Assembly (NCBI GenBank): GCA_002010065.2
Contig: MTMD02000005.1
Span: forward strand, 22,180 to 86,179
Length of the DNA: 64,000 bases
DNA from: Candidatus Pyrohabitans jungbluthii
Lineage (GTDB): Archaea > Hydrothermarchaeota > Hydrothermarchaeia > Hydrothermarchaeales > BMS3B
Direction: 5' to 3'
A model generated the notes under the pieces. That model was not told the origin of the DNA. It saw nothing but the letters and a program-made list of their open reading frames with translations, and did not search any database. Shown here one piece after another: positions 47,355 to 57,273 of the stretch (position 1 is its first letter; the number at the start of each line of letters is the position of its first letter). Position numbers and translations under genes: made by a program.

Positions 47355-48821
47355 CTATAAATTTGTATCCACATCTTTTGGTAGCCTGACGTAGAATACA
47401 CAACCCCTTGGTGAGTTGTCTTCCACCCACACCTCGCCTCGGTGAAGCTCTACGATGCGCTTTACTATGGCTAAGCCTAAGCCTGTGCCCCTAACCCCCC
47501 GCTTCTCCTTCCTTGTGAATCTCTCAAAAACCGCCTTTTTGAACTCATCGGGTATCCCAGGGCCAAAATCTTTAACCGCAACTAAGTAGCTATTACCTTT
47601 ATCCCTGACCTCTATCACTACCTTTTTGCCATCGCTGGCGTACTTGGCGGCATTAGTAAGAAGGTTGAGGAACACATGCTCTATTATCGTCGAAGCCTTT
47701 ATTGGCAGTTCTTTTTTAAAATTGAGCTCTACATTCATGCCTTTCTCTTCAAGCAGGGGCTTAGTTTCAGCCACGGCGCGCTGTATTACTTCGGCGAGGT
47801 TGAGCGGCGTGAACTCTAAGCTTTTACTTGAATCAAGTTTTGCCAGTATAGAGGCGTCCTCAACTATTTGAATTAATCTATCAACGCTCCGCTTTATTGC
47901 CTCGAGGTCTTCTTTCTCTTCCTCAGTATGCGCCTCCTCTTCCAGAAGCTCTACGAAGTTCTTTGCAACGCCCGCAGGGTTAAGTATGTCGTGGCGCAAT
48001 ATATCAAGGAAAAGGTCCTTCATCCGGTTGCTCTGCTCTAGCTGTGCCGCGTAGCTGCGCAGCTTCTTCTCTGCAAGCACCCTCTCCGTGACGTCACGAT
48101 AAAGCTCAATTATCTGTTCCACCTCACCCTCGCCGTTGAACACCGGGTAGGCAAACACCTCAAAGTATCTCATTTTTCCCTCTGCATCCTCCACTTCCAT
48201 CAGGAGGCTCACCGGCGCGCGGGTGGTTATCACTTCCTCCATGAGACAGGAACCGTGGGTGGCACAGATGTTTATCTTGTCCCTAGGGATGTCGCTGCAA
48301 GTCTTCCCTATGAGCTCTTCACGGCTGAGCCCTATTAGCCTCTCAAAGGTCCTGTTCACCTCTCTTATTTTGAACTCCATGTCTATCGCTACAAGTGCCT
48401 CCTGAATGCTGTCCATCAGGAGTCGCAGGTAATCCTTTGTCTTTTCAATCTCTCTGGTTCGCTCCTCAACCTTTCTCTCCAGATTTTCCGCATACTCTCG
48501 AAGCTTTTCATGCAACTCCTTCTGCTCCCTGAAGCTGTATTCGCTGAGATGCATCACTATCAGCACAAAGATTGCGCCAAGGAGGAAGATCAGTGCCCCA
48601 ATAAAAGTTTCACTGATGTACTCCAAGCCCATGACAACCTCATGGAGGTAAAGGACATAGCTGAGCAGAAAAAGCACTATAAGAATCCCGGCTGCCTTCC
48701 ATAACTTTTCGTATCGGCTTTCCTTGAGGTGGCCGGGTATTCGGGCATACTTCATCGCTGCTGCTACCATGAACAGAGTGCCCGATACGACAAGCAGCAG
48801 GGGTAGGAGTTCTACGCTCAT
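47355..48821 (-). CDS. Membrane PAS sensor histidine kinase
   Basis: RHDILNP, NLLTNAAKY, DFGPGI, GTGLGL. Confidence 0.93.
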   Translation of the reverse strand: MSVELLPLLLVVSGTLFMVAAAMKYARIPGHLKESRYEKLWKAAGILIVLFLLSYVLYLHEVVMGLEYISETFIGALIFLLGAIFVLIVMHLSEYSFREQKELHEKLREYAENLERKVEERTREIEKTKDYLRLLMDSIQEALVAIDMEFKIREVNRTFERLIGLSREELIGKTCSDIPRDKINICATHGSCLMEEVITTRAPVSLLMEVEDAEGKMRYFEVFAYPVFNGEGEVEQIIELYRDVTERVLAEKKLRSYAAQLEQSNRMKDLFLDILRHDILNPAGVAKNFVELLEEEAHTEEEKEDLEAIKRSVDRLIQIVEDASILAKLDSSKSLEFTPLNLAEVIQRAVAETKPLLEEKGMNVELNFKKELPIKASTIIEHVFLNLLTNAAKYASDGKKVVIEVRDKGNSYLVAVKDFGPGIPDEFKKAVFERFTRKEKRGVRGTGLGLAIVKRIVELHRGEVWVEDNSPRGCVFYVRLPKDVDTNL

Positions 48822-48916
48822 CCTAGCAGTTAGCTGTAGGTTGTCGATATATAAGCACTATTTTATAATCATAAAATACTTATACTATTTTACATATATA
48901 AAGTACTGGTGAGCAC

Positions 48917-49987
48917 ATGGGAAAGGTGAGAGTAGCTATAATCGGCGTAGGCAACTGCGCCTCGTCGCTGGTGCAGGGAGTGGAGTACTATAAGAACGCT
49001 AATGAAGACGAGAACATCCCTGGCTTGATGCACGTAAAGCTGGGTGACTATCACATCCGTGACATAGAATTCACCGCAGCCTTTGACATAGATAAGAACA
49101 AGGTGGGCAAGGATTTGAGCGAGGCGATTTTTGCCGAGCCGAATAACACTATAAAGTTCGCCGACGTACCCAACTTGGGCGTGGAAGTTATGCGGGGCAT
49201 GACTCACGACGGTGTGGGGAAGTATTTAAGCGAGAAGATAGAGAAGCATCCCTCGCCCACCGTCGACGTAGCTGGTGTACTTGAGGAAACCAACACAGAC
49301 GTGGTTGTGAATTACCTCCCTGTGGGCAGCGAGTTCGCCACAAAGTGGTATGTAGAGCAGGCGCTAAAGGCGGGTTGCGCCTTTGTGAACTGCATTCCCG
49401 TATTTATAGCGCGAGAGCAGCGATGGCAGGAGGTTTTTAAGAAAGCGGGGGTGCCCATAATAGGCGATGACATCAAGAGTCAGGTCGGCGCCACCATAGT
49501 GCACCGCACCCTTGCGAACCTCTTCAAGGCGCGTGGAGTTAAGCTTGAGCGCACCATGCAGCTCAACGTGGGAGGCAACACCGACTTCTACAACATGCTG
49601 GAGCGTGAGCGCTTGGAGAGCAAGAAGATTTCAAAAACCAGCGCGGTTACGTCAATGCTGGACTACGACATAGGCGAAGACAATGTGCACATTGGTCCGA
49701 GTGACTACGTTGCATGGCTAACCGACAGAAAATGGGCATACATCCGCTTAGAGGGGCGAAGCTTCGGCGACGTACCGCTCAACATAGAGCTGAAGCTTGA
49801 GGTGTGGGACTCCCCTAATAGCGCGGGCGTTGTGATAGACGCTGTAAGGTGTGCGAAGATTGCACTTGACAGAGGCGAAGCGGGAGCGCTTGAAGCGCCT
49901 TCAGCTTACTTCATGAAGTCCCCGCCTGCTCAGTATCCTGACGACGTAGCCAGAGAGATGGTAGAATCATGGATTCGCGGCGCATAG
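48917..49987 (+). CDS. ino1: myo-inositol-1-phosphate synthase
   Basis: [38 protein letters not shown]. Confidence 0.96.
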   Translation: MGKVRVAIIGVGNCASSLVQGVEYYKNANEDENIPGLMHVKLGDYHIRDIEFTAAFDIDKNKVGKDLSEAIFAEPNNTIKFADVPNLGVEVMRGMTHDGVGKYLSEKIEKHPSPTVDVAGVLEETNTDVVVNYLPVGSEFATKWYVEQALKAGCAFVNCIPVFIAREQRWQEVFKKAGVPIIGDDIKSQVGATIVHRTLANLFKARGVKLERTMQLNVGGNTDFYNMLERERLESKKISKTSAVTSMLDYDIGEDNVHIGPSDYVAWLTDRKWAYIRLEGRSFGDVPLNIELKLEVWDSPNSAGVVIDAVRCAKIALDRGEAGALEAPSAYFMKSPPAQYPDDVAREMVESWIRGA

Positions 49988-50320
49988 CTATATAACATTT
50001 AAAGAGCGAAGCACCACGCTCAGGATGATAATTACAACCAGGATGTACAGCACCTTGCGCGTGTCTAAGCTGGAGAAGAACTCCCTCAGCTTGGAAGCTA
50101 TGCCTTTCTCAGGTGCTCTGCCCGCGAGTTGCTTGTACTCTGCCTTGAAAGGTTCGTATATCCACTTCTCTGGCTCCTTGCCTCGCGACTCCTTGTACAC
50201 CACCAAGCCAGGGCACGCGTGGTTCTCAGGCAAGCGATGCTCTGCACAGAACTTGCCGCCGCAGAACTTGCAGGTGAATGGCATACTCTCACTGGCGCCG
50301 CAGTAGCTGCACTTTGCCAC
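49988..50320 (-). CDS. AN1-type zinc finger protein with C-terminal TM
   Basis: CSYCG…PFTCKFCGGKFCAEHRLPENHAC. Confidence 0.88.
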   Translation of the reverse strand: MAKCSYCGASESMPFTCKFCGGKFCAEHRLPENHACPGLVVYKESRGKEPEKWIYEPFKAEYKQLAGRAPEKGIASKLREFFSSLDTRKVLYILVVIIILSVVLRSLNVI

Positions 50321-50604
50321 TACCTACGCCTCCTCTCCAGCTCTGCATATACTTCTGAAAGCTCGACACCTTTTGCGGCGAGGAGCACCATGAGGTGGAA
50401 GATCAGGTCTGCGCTCTCATAGATGAGCTCCTCTTTTCCGCCGCTTTTTGAGGCGAGGATTACTTCTATCGCCTCTTCGCCCACCTTTTCCAGAATCTTA
50501 TCCTCACCCTTGGCAAAGAGCGAGGCTACATAGCTTTCAGGCGGGGGATTTTCCTTTCTCTGCTTTATGACCTCAAATACCTCGTCAAGCACAGAACAGC
50601 TCAT
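50320..50604 (-). CDS. hisE: Phosphoribosyl-ATP pyrophosphatase
   Basis: SYVASL, KVGEEAIE, ESADLIFH. Confidence 0.95.
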   Translation of the reverse strand: MSCSVLDEVFEVIKQRKENPPPESYVASLFAKGEDKILEKVGEEAIEVILASKSGGKEELIYESADLIFHLMVLLAAKGVELSEVYAELERRRR

Positions 50605-51386
50605 TTTCGCTTTCCTCCGACTATGTCTGCGACGATTCCATGTTCTGTCTCCTCGGCGATTTTGATGTCGTCTATGCTCCGCAACCCCTGCGCTCGAGCG
50701 GTGCGCTCCAGCCCGAGCTCAATATCGCGGCTGAGCACTATTATGTACGCGTCTATCTCCTCTATGCCCAGCTTTTTCGCCGCAAGGGCGCGGTGATGTC
50801 CATCCACGAGTATAAGGCGCTCGCCGGTCTTTATCACCACCACGGGCTCAGCTAAACCCCGCTTCAGCTCATACTCGCGTCCGCGAAACTCGTCAGGGTG
50901 AACCTTCGCCTGCGTTGGAATAAGCTCAGAAATTTTCACCCTTCCCAGGCGCACTATGCTTTTAACTCCGTAGAGCTTTTCCAGCGAATCCTGAAGCTTC
51001 TTCACCTTTCCAGGGGTTGCCCGCTCGATGTGGGAGCGTATTACGTCGGTTATTGTTACTATGCCTATAAGCTTCATTTCGCGGTCGACCACAGGCAGGC
51101 GGGAAAAGCCTCGCCTGAACATAACCCGGGCTGCGTCTATAAGCCTGGTATCCGGAAAAGTTACGGTCACGTCTTTTGTCATTACATCGCGCACGTACTT
51201 GCCCCCTTCGCGGAGCACCATATCGCGAGTGGTGATGATTCCTATGATGTTTCCATTCTCCACCACGGGGAAGCCGTCGTGATTTGTCTCCCGCATCAGC
51301 TTTTTAACCTCTTCCAGCGTCTGGTCTGGTGAAACGGTGATAACATTGGTGGACATGTAATCTTTTACCTTCTGGTTGGCGCTCAT
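50601..51386 (-). CDS. CBS-pair plus ParB/Srx-like domain protein
   Basis: Two CBS repeats; PTQ…LVDGHHR. Confidence 0.85.
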   Translation of the reverse strand: MSANQKVKDYMSTNVITVSPDQTLEEVKKLMRETNHDGFPVVENGNIIGIITTRDMVLREGGKYVRDVMTKDVTVTFPDTRLIDAARVMFRRGFSRLPVVDREMKLIGIVTITDVIRSHIERATPGKVKKLQDSLEKLYGVKSIVRLGRVKISELIPTQAKVHPDEFRGREYELKRGLAEPVVVIKTGERLILVDGHHRALAAKKLGIEEIDAYIIVLSRDIELGLERTARAQGLRSIDDIKIAEETEHGIVADIVGGKRK

Positions 51387-51424
51387 CGGTACTTAAATTA
51401 ACCTGGCTCAACATAAGTGTTTCC

Positions 51425-51667
51425 ATGGCGAAGCGCATCCTCGACGAGCTGAAGTGGCATCCTGCGAAGAGTTTAAGTGAGGTGGAGATTACCTATGTGC
51501 ACCGCTCGCCGAGAGGGGATGAGGTTACCATTTCAGGCGAGGAGATAATTGCTCTGGAGAAGAGCTTCTTCGTAGTGCACCGCGGTGGGCAAGAAACCAG
51601 AATACCCTACCACCGGATTAAAGAGATACGCCGTGGCGATGAGGTGCTTTACCGGAAGCGGGGCTAA
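51425..51667 (+). CDS. DUF504/UPF0248 RNA-repair-domain protein
   Basis: LKWHP, YVHR, IPYHRI. Confidence 0.85.
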   Translation: MAKRILDELKWHPAKSLSEVEITYVHRSPRGDEVTISGEEIIALEKSFFVVHRGGQETRIPYHRIKEIRRGDEVLYRKRG

Positions 51668-52695
51668 GCGTACCACTCCAGACTCTCCGCAACGTAGTCT
51701 ATAAAGCTGGCGAAAACCTCCTTCACCTCCCCGCTGAGCGAGGTTTTTTCTATTTCCGCCTTCGCCCTTGCGGCATGCTGCCGCGCGATGCGCTTTGCTT
51801 CATCGAGGGCGCCGCAGCTTCGCACGAGTTCTTTAACCCTCTCAACCTCCGCTTCTCCAGCGCTTCGCGAGGCGAGTATTCTGCGAAGCTCCTCCCGTTC
51901 TTCACCCTCTGCAAGCTTCATGGCTAAGGCGATGTGCAGGGGCTTCTTCCCCCGGAGCACATCTCTTCCCGGCTCGCGTCCATACTGCTCCCTCGTGGCG
52001 AAGGTGCCAATGATGTCGTCCTGTATATCGAAGGCATAGCCTATCTCAGCGCCTGCCTTCTCCAGATGTTCGCGCTCTTCTTTCCCTGCCTCCGCAAGAG
52101 CAGCGCCGGCGAGCAGCGTCAGCCTGAACAGTGAGGGTGCGCGCCTGCTCGCCATGGCATACCACTCCTCCACACTCGGTTCTACGTGCTCAAAGTACGC
52201 ATCAAGCACCTGGCTTTCGTTAACCTCGCGATAAGCGCGCGCAAACAGGCGGCGAAGCTCCTCCGATTTTGGGATATCTTCAAGTGCTTCAAGCGCCATT
52301 GCGTAGAGCATGTTGCCCGCGAATATCGCCGCTGCCTCGCCGAAGCCCTCGCCCAGGTCAAAGAGGCGGTGAAAAGCCCTGCCCCCGCGGCGCTCCTCGT
52401 CTCTATCCACAAGGTCGTCGTGAACTAGTATCGCATGGCGGTATAACTCAAGCGCCAACCCGAGCGTCCTGGCATATGCATCCATCTCACCCTTAAAACC
52501 AGTGTAAACAAGAAGCGCACTCGTGGTCGCGAGCCGCCTCCCCTTCCTGAGCACATACCCCTCCAGATTTTCGTACACCCTGCCCATAAAGGGGTGGTAC
52601 CTTGTCGCCTCCTCCCTTGCGCGGGAAAAGTACCGCCTTACCTCGCTTTCAATTAAAGCATCGTACTCGTCCAGTATCTCATCGCTCATCTCCAC
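51664..52695 (-). CDS. Polyprenyl diphosphate synthase (GGPP synthase-like)
   Basis: HDDLVD…RRG, IQDD, GKK motifs. Confidence 0.88.
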   Translation of the reverse strand: MEMSDEILDEYDALIESEVRRYFSRAREEATRYHPFMGRVYENLEGYVLRKGRRLATTSALLVYTGFKGEMDAYARTLGLALELYRHAILVHDDLVDRDEERRGGRAFHRLFDLGEGFGEAAAIFAGNMLYAMALEALEDIPKSEELRRLFARAYREVNESQVLDAYFEHVEPSVEEWYAMASRRAPSLFRLTLLAGAALAEAGKEEREHLEKAGAEIGYAFDIQDDIIGTFATREQYGREPGRDVLRGKKPLHIALAMKLAEGEEREELRRILASRSAGEAEVERVKELVRSCGALDEAKRIARQHAARAKAEIEKTSLSGEVKEVFASFIDYVAESLEWYA

Positions 52696-53036
52696 TACCT
52701 CAGCCTTACCTCTTCGAAGTACACCCTTCCAGAGGCTACAATCTCTTTAATCCTGCCCTGCCTCCTCGAAAGTTTTGAATTTGCTGACTTGAACTCTATG
52801 AAAATTATCCTGTCATCCTCGAATTGTACACCATCGATGGGCGTGCCCAGAAACCGGAAGTTCTCGGGGTTGTAGGGATACTCCTTGAGAAAGGGCAGAA
52901 ACTGCTCGTATATCCTGCCGTGTCGCGAAGCCAAGCTCTTGCGCAGTGAAAGCTCTCGCCTCGCTGCGCTGCGATAGTGCAGCAGAAGCAGAAGCTCAAT
53001 CAAGGCTATGACTGCGAGCAGCGTGGTGATGTCCAT
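52695..53036 (-). CDS. Membrane-anchored Holliday-junction-resolvase-like endonuclease
   Basis: EQFLPF, FLGTPIDG, FIEFKS. Confidence 0.8.
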   Translation of the reverse strand: MDITTLLAVIALIELLLLLHYRSAARRELSLRKSLASRHGRIYEQFLPFLKEYPYNPENFRFLGTPIDGVQFEDDRIIFIEFKSANSKLSRRQGRIKEIVASGRVYFEEVRLR

Positions 53037-53081
53037 GCGAGAGTCTTAGCATTCGCCGGTGTAATATACTTTCCGGGAGGG

Positions 53082-53624
53082 CTACACCACACCCAGCCGC
53101 AGAATCCTTATTCCAAGTATCACAAGAATTAAGCCTGAGATTCTCCTGAGAACTTTTGGATTTGAATATCTATTGAGGAGAATTCCGCCCAGGAGGGTGG
53201 AAAGGAAGCCAGCCACGACTGAAAGGAGCACGGGCAATAGCGTGCGGTGCTCAATTCCTATATTCACCTCGTTGGGGGTGTGGAGCAGGGAGTAAATTAA
53301 AGCGATCGCAAACCCAACCTTCACAACCTCTCCGGGTCTTATACCTGCGCTTATTCCGAGGAACTCCAGCCCGAGGGTTATTAACAGCAGCGCAGAGAAG
53401 AGGTAGAAGTGGGGAAATAGGGCGTTTCTCATAATCTCCGCGAAAGCCGCCGTTAGCAGCGACAGCACGGCTACTGCGAGATAGACCAGAGATACTGCAT
53501 AAAACTTCCTCTTCAGGGTGGCGGCAATGCTTATGCAGCCCGCACCGGAGAATACTGTAACTCCGAAAACTAATGCCAGCTTTAAGTCAGCTATGATGCC
53601 TGTGGTAAGAGCGGCGAGGAGCAC
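53082..53624 (-). CDS. Multi-pass membrane protein (5' end uncertain)
   Basis: Hydrophobic ORF; frame stays open about 18 codons upstream without a canonical start. Confidence 0.55.
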   Translation of the reverse strand: MLLAALTTGIIADLKLALVFGVTVFSGAGCISIAATLKRKFYAVSLVYLAVAVLSLLTAAFAEIMRNALFPHFYLFSALLLITLGLEFLGISAGIRPGEVVKVGFAIALIYSLLHTPNEVNIGIEHRTLLPVLLSVVAGFLSTLLGGILLNRYSNPKVLRRISGLILVILGIRILRLGVV

Positions 53625-53763
53625 CCCATCGAATACCGGGGATGCGGCTATGAGGAAAAGCCTGTAAAGTCCCGCTGATCACCTTCCAGTGTGGCTATTG
53701 AAAGTCCAGCTGACCACCCACCATAATGCACCCCGAGTTAAGCTTCTGGTTTTAAATAATCCT

Positions 53764-54087
53764 CTAATGGCAGGATGAGCATCCACTGCCGCAGGCGCTC
53801 TCCGCGTAGGGGTTGTGAATCGCAAATCCAGCGCCGTAAGGGGTTTCCACGTAGTCTATTTCTGAATCTGCGAGGTAGGCCTCAACAGCCTCGCTTATGA
53901 ATATCCTTATCCCGTTGCTTTCTATCTCCTTCTCGTCCTCTTCTGCTTCCTTGGCGAGGCTCAAGCCATAGCTCGGGCCACTGCAGCCTACGCCGGTGAT
54001 GTATATCTTAATTCCGTAGTCTTCCTTGCCCTCTTCCTTGAGAATCTTCTTCAGTTCTTCGGCAGCTCTTTCGGTTATCTTCACCAT
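53764..54087 (-). CDS. IscA/HesB A-type Fe-S carrier
   Basis: ITERAA, GCSGPSY, IDY, NP…CGSGC. Confidence 0.9.
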   Translation of the reverse strand: MVKITERAAEELKKILKEEGKEDYGIKIYITGVGCSGPSYGLSLAKEAEEDEKEIESNGIRIFISEAVEAYLADSEIDYVETPYGAGFAIHNPYAESACGSGCSSCH

Positions 54088-54180
54088 TTTACCACCTTTC
54101 TCCTTCGCCCATGCATTGCCATCTTAAAGGATTATAAAAAATTGTTCTTCTTGATACCCTCGCCGCTCGCTAAGAGGAAG

Positions 54181-55317
54181 ATGCACCTTACCAAAGAGGA
54201 GGAGCGCCTTCTAGCAGGCGAAGGCGGTGAAGCGTTGAGAAAGGCGATGGAGATTCTCCTTACTTTGGGGGAGATGAACAACGCAGAGAGGCTCATACCC
54301 ATAACCAGCGCTCAGGTCTCAGGGGTTTCCTACAAAACCATAGGCGACGCCGGCTTAGAGTTTCTGCGCGATATGGCAGAGAGCGGAGCTAAGGTTAAGG
54401 TGCTCACGACGCTCAACCCGGCAGGTGCCCCGGTGGAGGCGGCTCACGAACTCGGCTTTCCAGAGGAGTTTATCAGAAAGCAGAGGGAGATTCTTCGCGC
54501 GTATGAAAGCATGGGGATACTCGTCTCCTGCACCTGCACCCCCTACTATGTGGGCAACCTGCCGCGCTTTGGTGAGCACATCGCCTGGGCGGAGTCGAGC
54601 AGTGTTATCTACGCCAACTCTGTAATAGGCGCGCGCACCAACCGCGAGAGCGCCATCTCAGCGCTGGCGGCGGCGCTTGTGGGCAAGGTACCCGAATACG
54701 GGCTTCATCTCTCTGAAAACAGACAGGGAAGCTTCAGGGTGGAGATAAAAACAAAGCTTGAAAGCAGTACCGACTACGCAGCTCTGGGCTACTACGTGGG
54801 AAGGAATTACAAGGGCATACCAGTCTTCGCGGGAGCTTCACCGCAGGGCGAGGATTTAAAAGCCCTCGGCGCTGCCCTTGCTACTGGCGCAATTTCTATG
54901 TTCCACTTCGCAGGGGCTACGCCGGAGTATCGCGAGGAGAAGCTCGAGAAGATAGAGGTGGGTGAGGAGGAGCTTCGCGAGGCGTGGGAAGAGCTCAACA
55001 CCTGCGAGGAGCCGGATATAGTAACCATAGGCTGTCCTCACGCGAGTTTGAAAGAGGTGCTCGCCGTAGCAAAGCTTAACCCTCGCAGAGAGGTGTGGAT
55101 TTTCACCTCGAGGCAAGTGAAGGAGCTTGCTGAACGCTACATCAAAAATGAGAATATTAAGATCATCGCCGATACCTGCATGGTGGTTGCTCCCTTAGAA
55201 GAGCTGGGCATCAAATGCATAGGCGTCAACTCCGCCAAGGCCGCCTTCTATTCGGCCAACCTCTCAAAAATAAGCGTGAGATTCGACTCCATTGAGAATC
55301 TCTTGAGAGAGGAGTAA
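54181..55317 (+). CDS. Aconitase X large subunit (phosphomevalonate dehydratase-like)
   Basis: SGVSYKTIG, CTCTPY, AESS, GCPH, DTCMVV. Confidence 0.88.
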   Translation: MHLTKEEERLLAGEGGEALRKAMEILLTLGEMNNAERLIPITSAQVSGVSYKTIGDAGLEFLRDMAESGAKVKVLTTLNPAGAPVEAAHELGFPEEFIRKQREILRAYESMGILVSCTCTPYYVGNLPRFGEHIAWAESSSVIYANSVIGARTNRESAISALAAALVGKVPEYGLHLSENRQGSFRVEIKTKLESSTDYAALGYYVGRNYKGIPVFAGASPQGEDLKALGAALATGAISMFHFAGATPEYREEKLEKIEVGEEELREAWEELNTCEEPDIVTIGCPHASLKEVLAVAKLNPRREVWIFTSRQVKELAERYIKNENIKIIADTCMVVAPLEELGIKCIGVNSAKAAFYSANLSKISVRFDSIENLLREE

Positions 55318-55688
55318 ATGGCTTGCTCGGGGTTAGCGGCGAAGTAAAAGAGGTGCGCCCCGCAGGAGCAGTCGCTGGAGCCGAAGCCGAGCACAGGTAC
55401 CTGTGCCCCCTGAAGGTTGCGAAGCACCTGTGCGAGAGCGCACTCACACTTATTCTCAGAGATTATGCTGAACACGGCAATCAACGTCGCAACCTCGAGG
55501 AGGTAGTCTATGTGCCAGTGCTTGCGCTTCTCACCGCGAAGATGCCTGGCAATGCGCTTTTCCAGGCTGAGCATGGCTGAGCCCACATACGCGTAGTATC
55601 CCGGAGTAAAGTGAAAGCTTCCCAGCCTACCTACCACTATTCTCTCGGCATGCCTGAGCCTGAGCAGGAGCACATAGCAGCCCTTCAT
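55248..55688 (-). CDS. GIY-YIG (DUF123) nuclease-family protein
   Basis: GCY, YAYVGSA, HWHIDYL, GFGSSDC.C..HL. Confidence 0.88.
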   Translation of the reverse strand: MKGCYVLLLRLRHAERIVVGRLGSFHFTPGYYAYVGSAMLSLEKRIARHLRGEKRKHWHIDYLLEVATLIAVFSIISENKCECALAQVLRNLQGAQVPVLGFGSSDCSCGAHLFYFAANPEQAIYSSLKRFSMESNLTLIFERLAE

Positions 55689-55889
55689 AACAACTTCACT
55701 TATAATCTAAAATATTAAGATTTATACCTGTGGTATTTCAGCTTTTTAAAAAATGGTTTCGCGATTTATAGAAGTAAAAGTTATATACTTTAAAAACCAA
55801 GAGTGGAATGAAAAGTACCTATAAATTATATCTAATTAAGTTATGGATGTTTAGGAAGCGGTTTCATGAGCGTGGTGTGAGGTGTGCAT

Positions 55890-56468
55890 ATGGTAAAGGA
55901 GCACCTAAATTTAGATGAAAAGGACAGAGAAATTATTTCATTACTGGAGGAGAATCCTGAGCTCTCCCAGAGCGAGATTGCGGAGAGGGTTGGTATATCC
56001 CAGCCCAGCGTAGGGGTAAGGCTAAGAAAGCTGAAGAACAAGGGTGTAGTCTCCTTCTTAATAGGGATGAACTTCAAGCGCGTTGGGCTGTACTTAGCTA
56101 AGGTTGACGTGTGTGCAAAGAATACAGTGGAGATTTTGGATAGCTTCAAGGGGTGCCCATACTTCCTTAATGGTCTTATCGTCTCAGGCAGGAACAACCT
56201 TTGCCTATTTCTTGTGAGTGAGGACATCTCAACCATTGAAGCGATTGTGGACAAGCACCTGCGGGCAAATCCGAATGTAAGCAACGTGGAGATGAACGTG
56301 GTTATAACGCCCAGCGATGATCTGATATTTCCCGTGAAGATGAAGTTCGAAAGGCAGGAGTTTCCGCCTTGCGGCTCCACAGGTGAATGCCACGATTGCG
56401 CCTTTTACGAGTCGGAGCGCTGCCTGGGGTGTCCGATTACCGGGCACTATCGGGGCAAGTTCTGGTAG
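55890..56468 (+). CDS. Lrp/AsnC regulator with Cys-rich C-terminal tail
   Basis: HTH SQSEIAERVGISQPSV; tail PPCG…CHDC…CLGCP. Confidence 0.85.
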   Translation: MVKEHLNLDEKDREIISLLEENPELSQSEIAERVGISQPSVGVRLRKLKNKGVVSFLIGMNFKRVGLYLAKVDVCAKNTVEILDSFKGCPYFLNGLIVSGRNNLCLFLVSEDISTIEAIVDKHLRANPNVSNVEMNVVITPSDDLIFPVKMKFERQEFPPCGSTGECHDCAFYESERCLGCPITGHYRGKFW

Positions 56469-57112
56469 TGTAGTTTGGCGTCGCAGGGCACGAAGCGGGA
56501 GATTATCTCCTGCGTTTTTTCAGCACTCTGCCTGAGATAATCCCGCTCAATTCCCTTTACGCCGCACAGCACCACCGTCGCCGCTCTTGTTGCGGCGGTT
56601 ATCTTGGTGGCGTCAGCATCGCGGTATGGGTAAATGGAGAGTATCTTCTCCTCGTCGCTTAGTACTATTTCACCTTTGGTGACAAGCTCCTTTCCGCCTA
56701 TTCCGACGAAGCTTTCGCCATTGGAGGTTCTTATAATGAGCTCACCTTTAACCTTACCCGCGTCGTACGCGCCCATGGGTATTAAGGTGAGCGCCGAGGC
56801 GAGGTTGTATGCATCCACGAGGTTGTTTATCTCCGGCAGAGGTTTGCCGGCTAATATTCTACGCACGAGTGCTTCAGAAGCGGGGCGAAGCTTCGTGGGG
56901 TCTATGCCTATGCGCCAGTAGAAGTCGCGATACGCTCTTACCACGGGGTTATCCTTCAGCGAGGCAAGGGTGTGCTTCTCTCTGATTTCCTTAAAAACCT
57001 CCTCCTTGAAGGCTGCAAACTCCTGCGAGGCGGGCTTAACTTCCAGATTGCTGAGGCGGAGCACCTCGACGCTAATGCCATACTTTTCTTTAAGTTCAGG
57101 TGAAATTTGCAT
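56447..57112 (-). CDS. B3/4 (PheRS-beta editing-like) domain protein
   Basis: YRDFYW…DPTKLRPASEAL.RR, INNLVDAYN. Confidence 0.88.
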   Translation of the reverse strand: MQISPELKEKYGISVEVLRLSNLEVKPASQEFAAFKEEVFKEIREKHTLASLKDNPVVRAYRDFYWRIGIDPTKLRPASEALVRRILAGKPLPEINNLVDAYNLASALTLIPMGAYDAGKVKGELIIRTSNGESFVGIGGKELVTKGEIVLSDEEKILSIYPYRDADATKITAATRAATVVLCGVKGIERDYLRQSAEKTQEIISRFVPCDAKLHYQNLPR

Positions 57113-57148
57113 AATGCCTCCTCTGGATATGATGGGAAAAAATGGTAG

Positions 57149-57223
57149 TGCTCCGGTCGGGATTCGAACCCGAGTCGCGGGATCGAGAGTCCCGCATGAT
57201 TGGCCGGGCTACACTACCGGAGC
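57149..57223 (-). tRNA. tRNA-Glu(CTC)
   Basis: GCTCCGG acceptor stem, anticodon arm GCGGGA-CT-CTC-GA-TCCCGC, T-loop TTCGAAT. Confidence 0.96.
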
Positions 57224-57273
57224 GAATCATCTACATTACCTGCTTTCACTTGGTAAATATTTCTTGAAGGACA

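Noticed and set aside
54181-55317. AcnX large subunit without its small subunit as an anomaly
   Set aside because: The two subunits can be encoded apart in archaea; cannot be judged from one window
55777-55791. Palindrome AAAGT-TATAT-ACTTT between the GIY-YIG and Lrp genes
   Set aside because: Single short AT-rich copy coinciding with a likely TATA box; not distinguishable from chance
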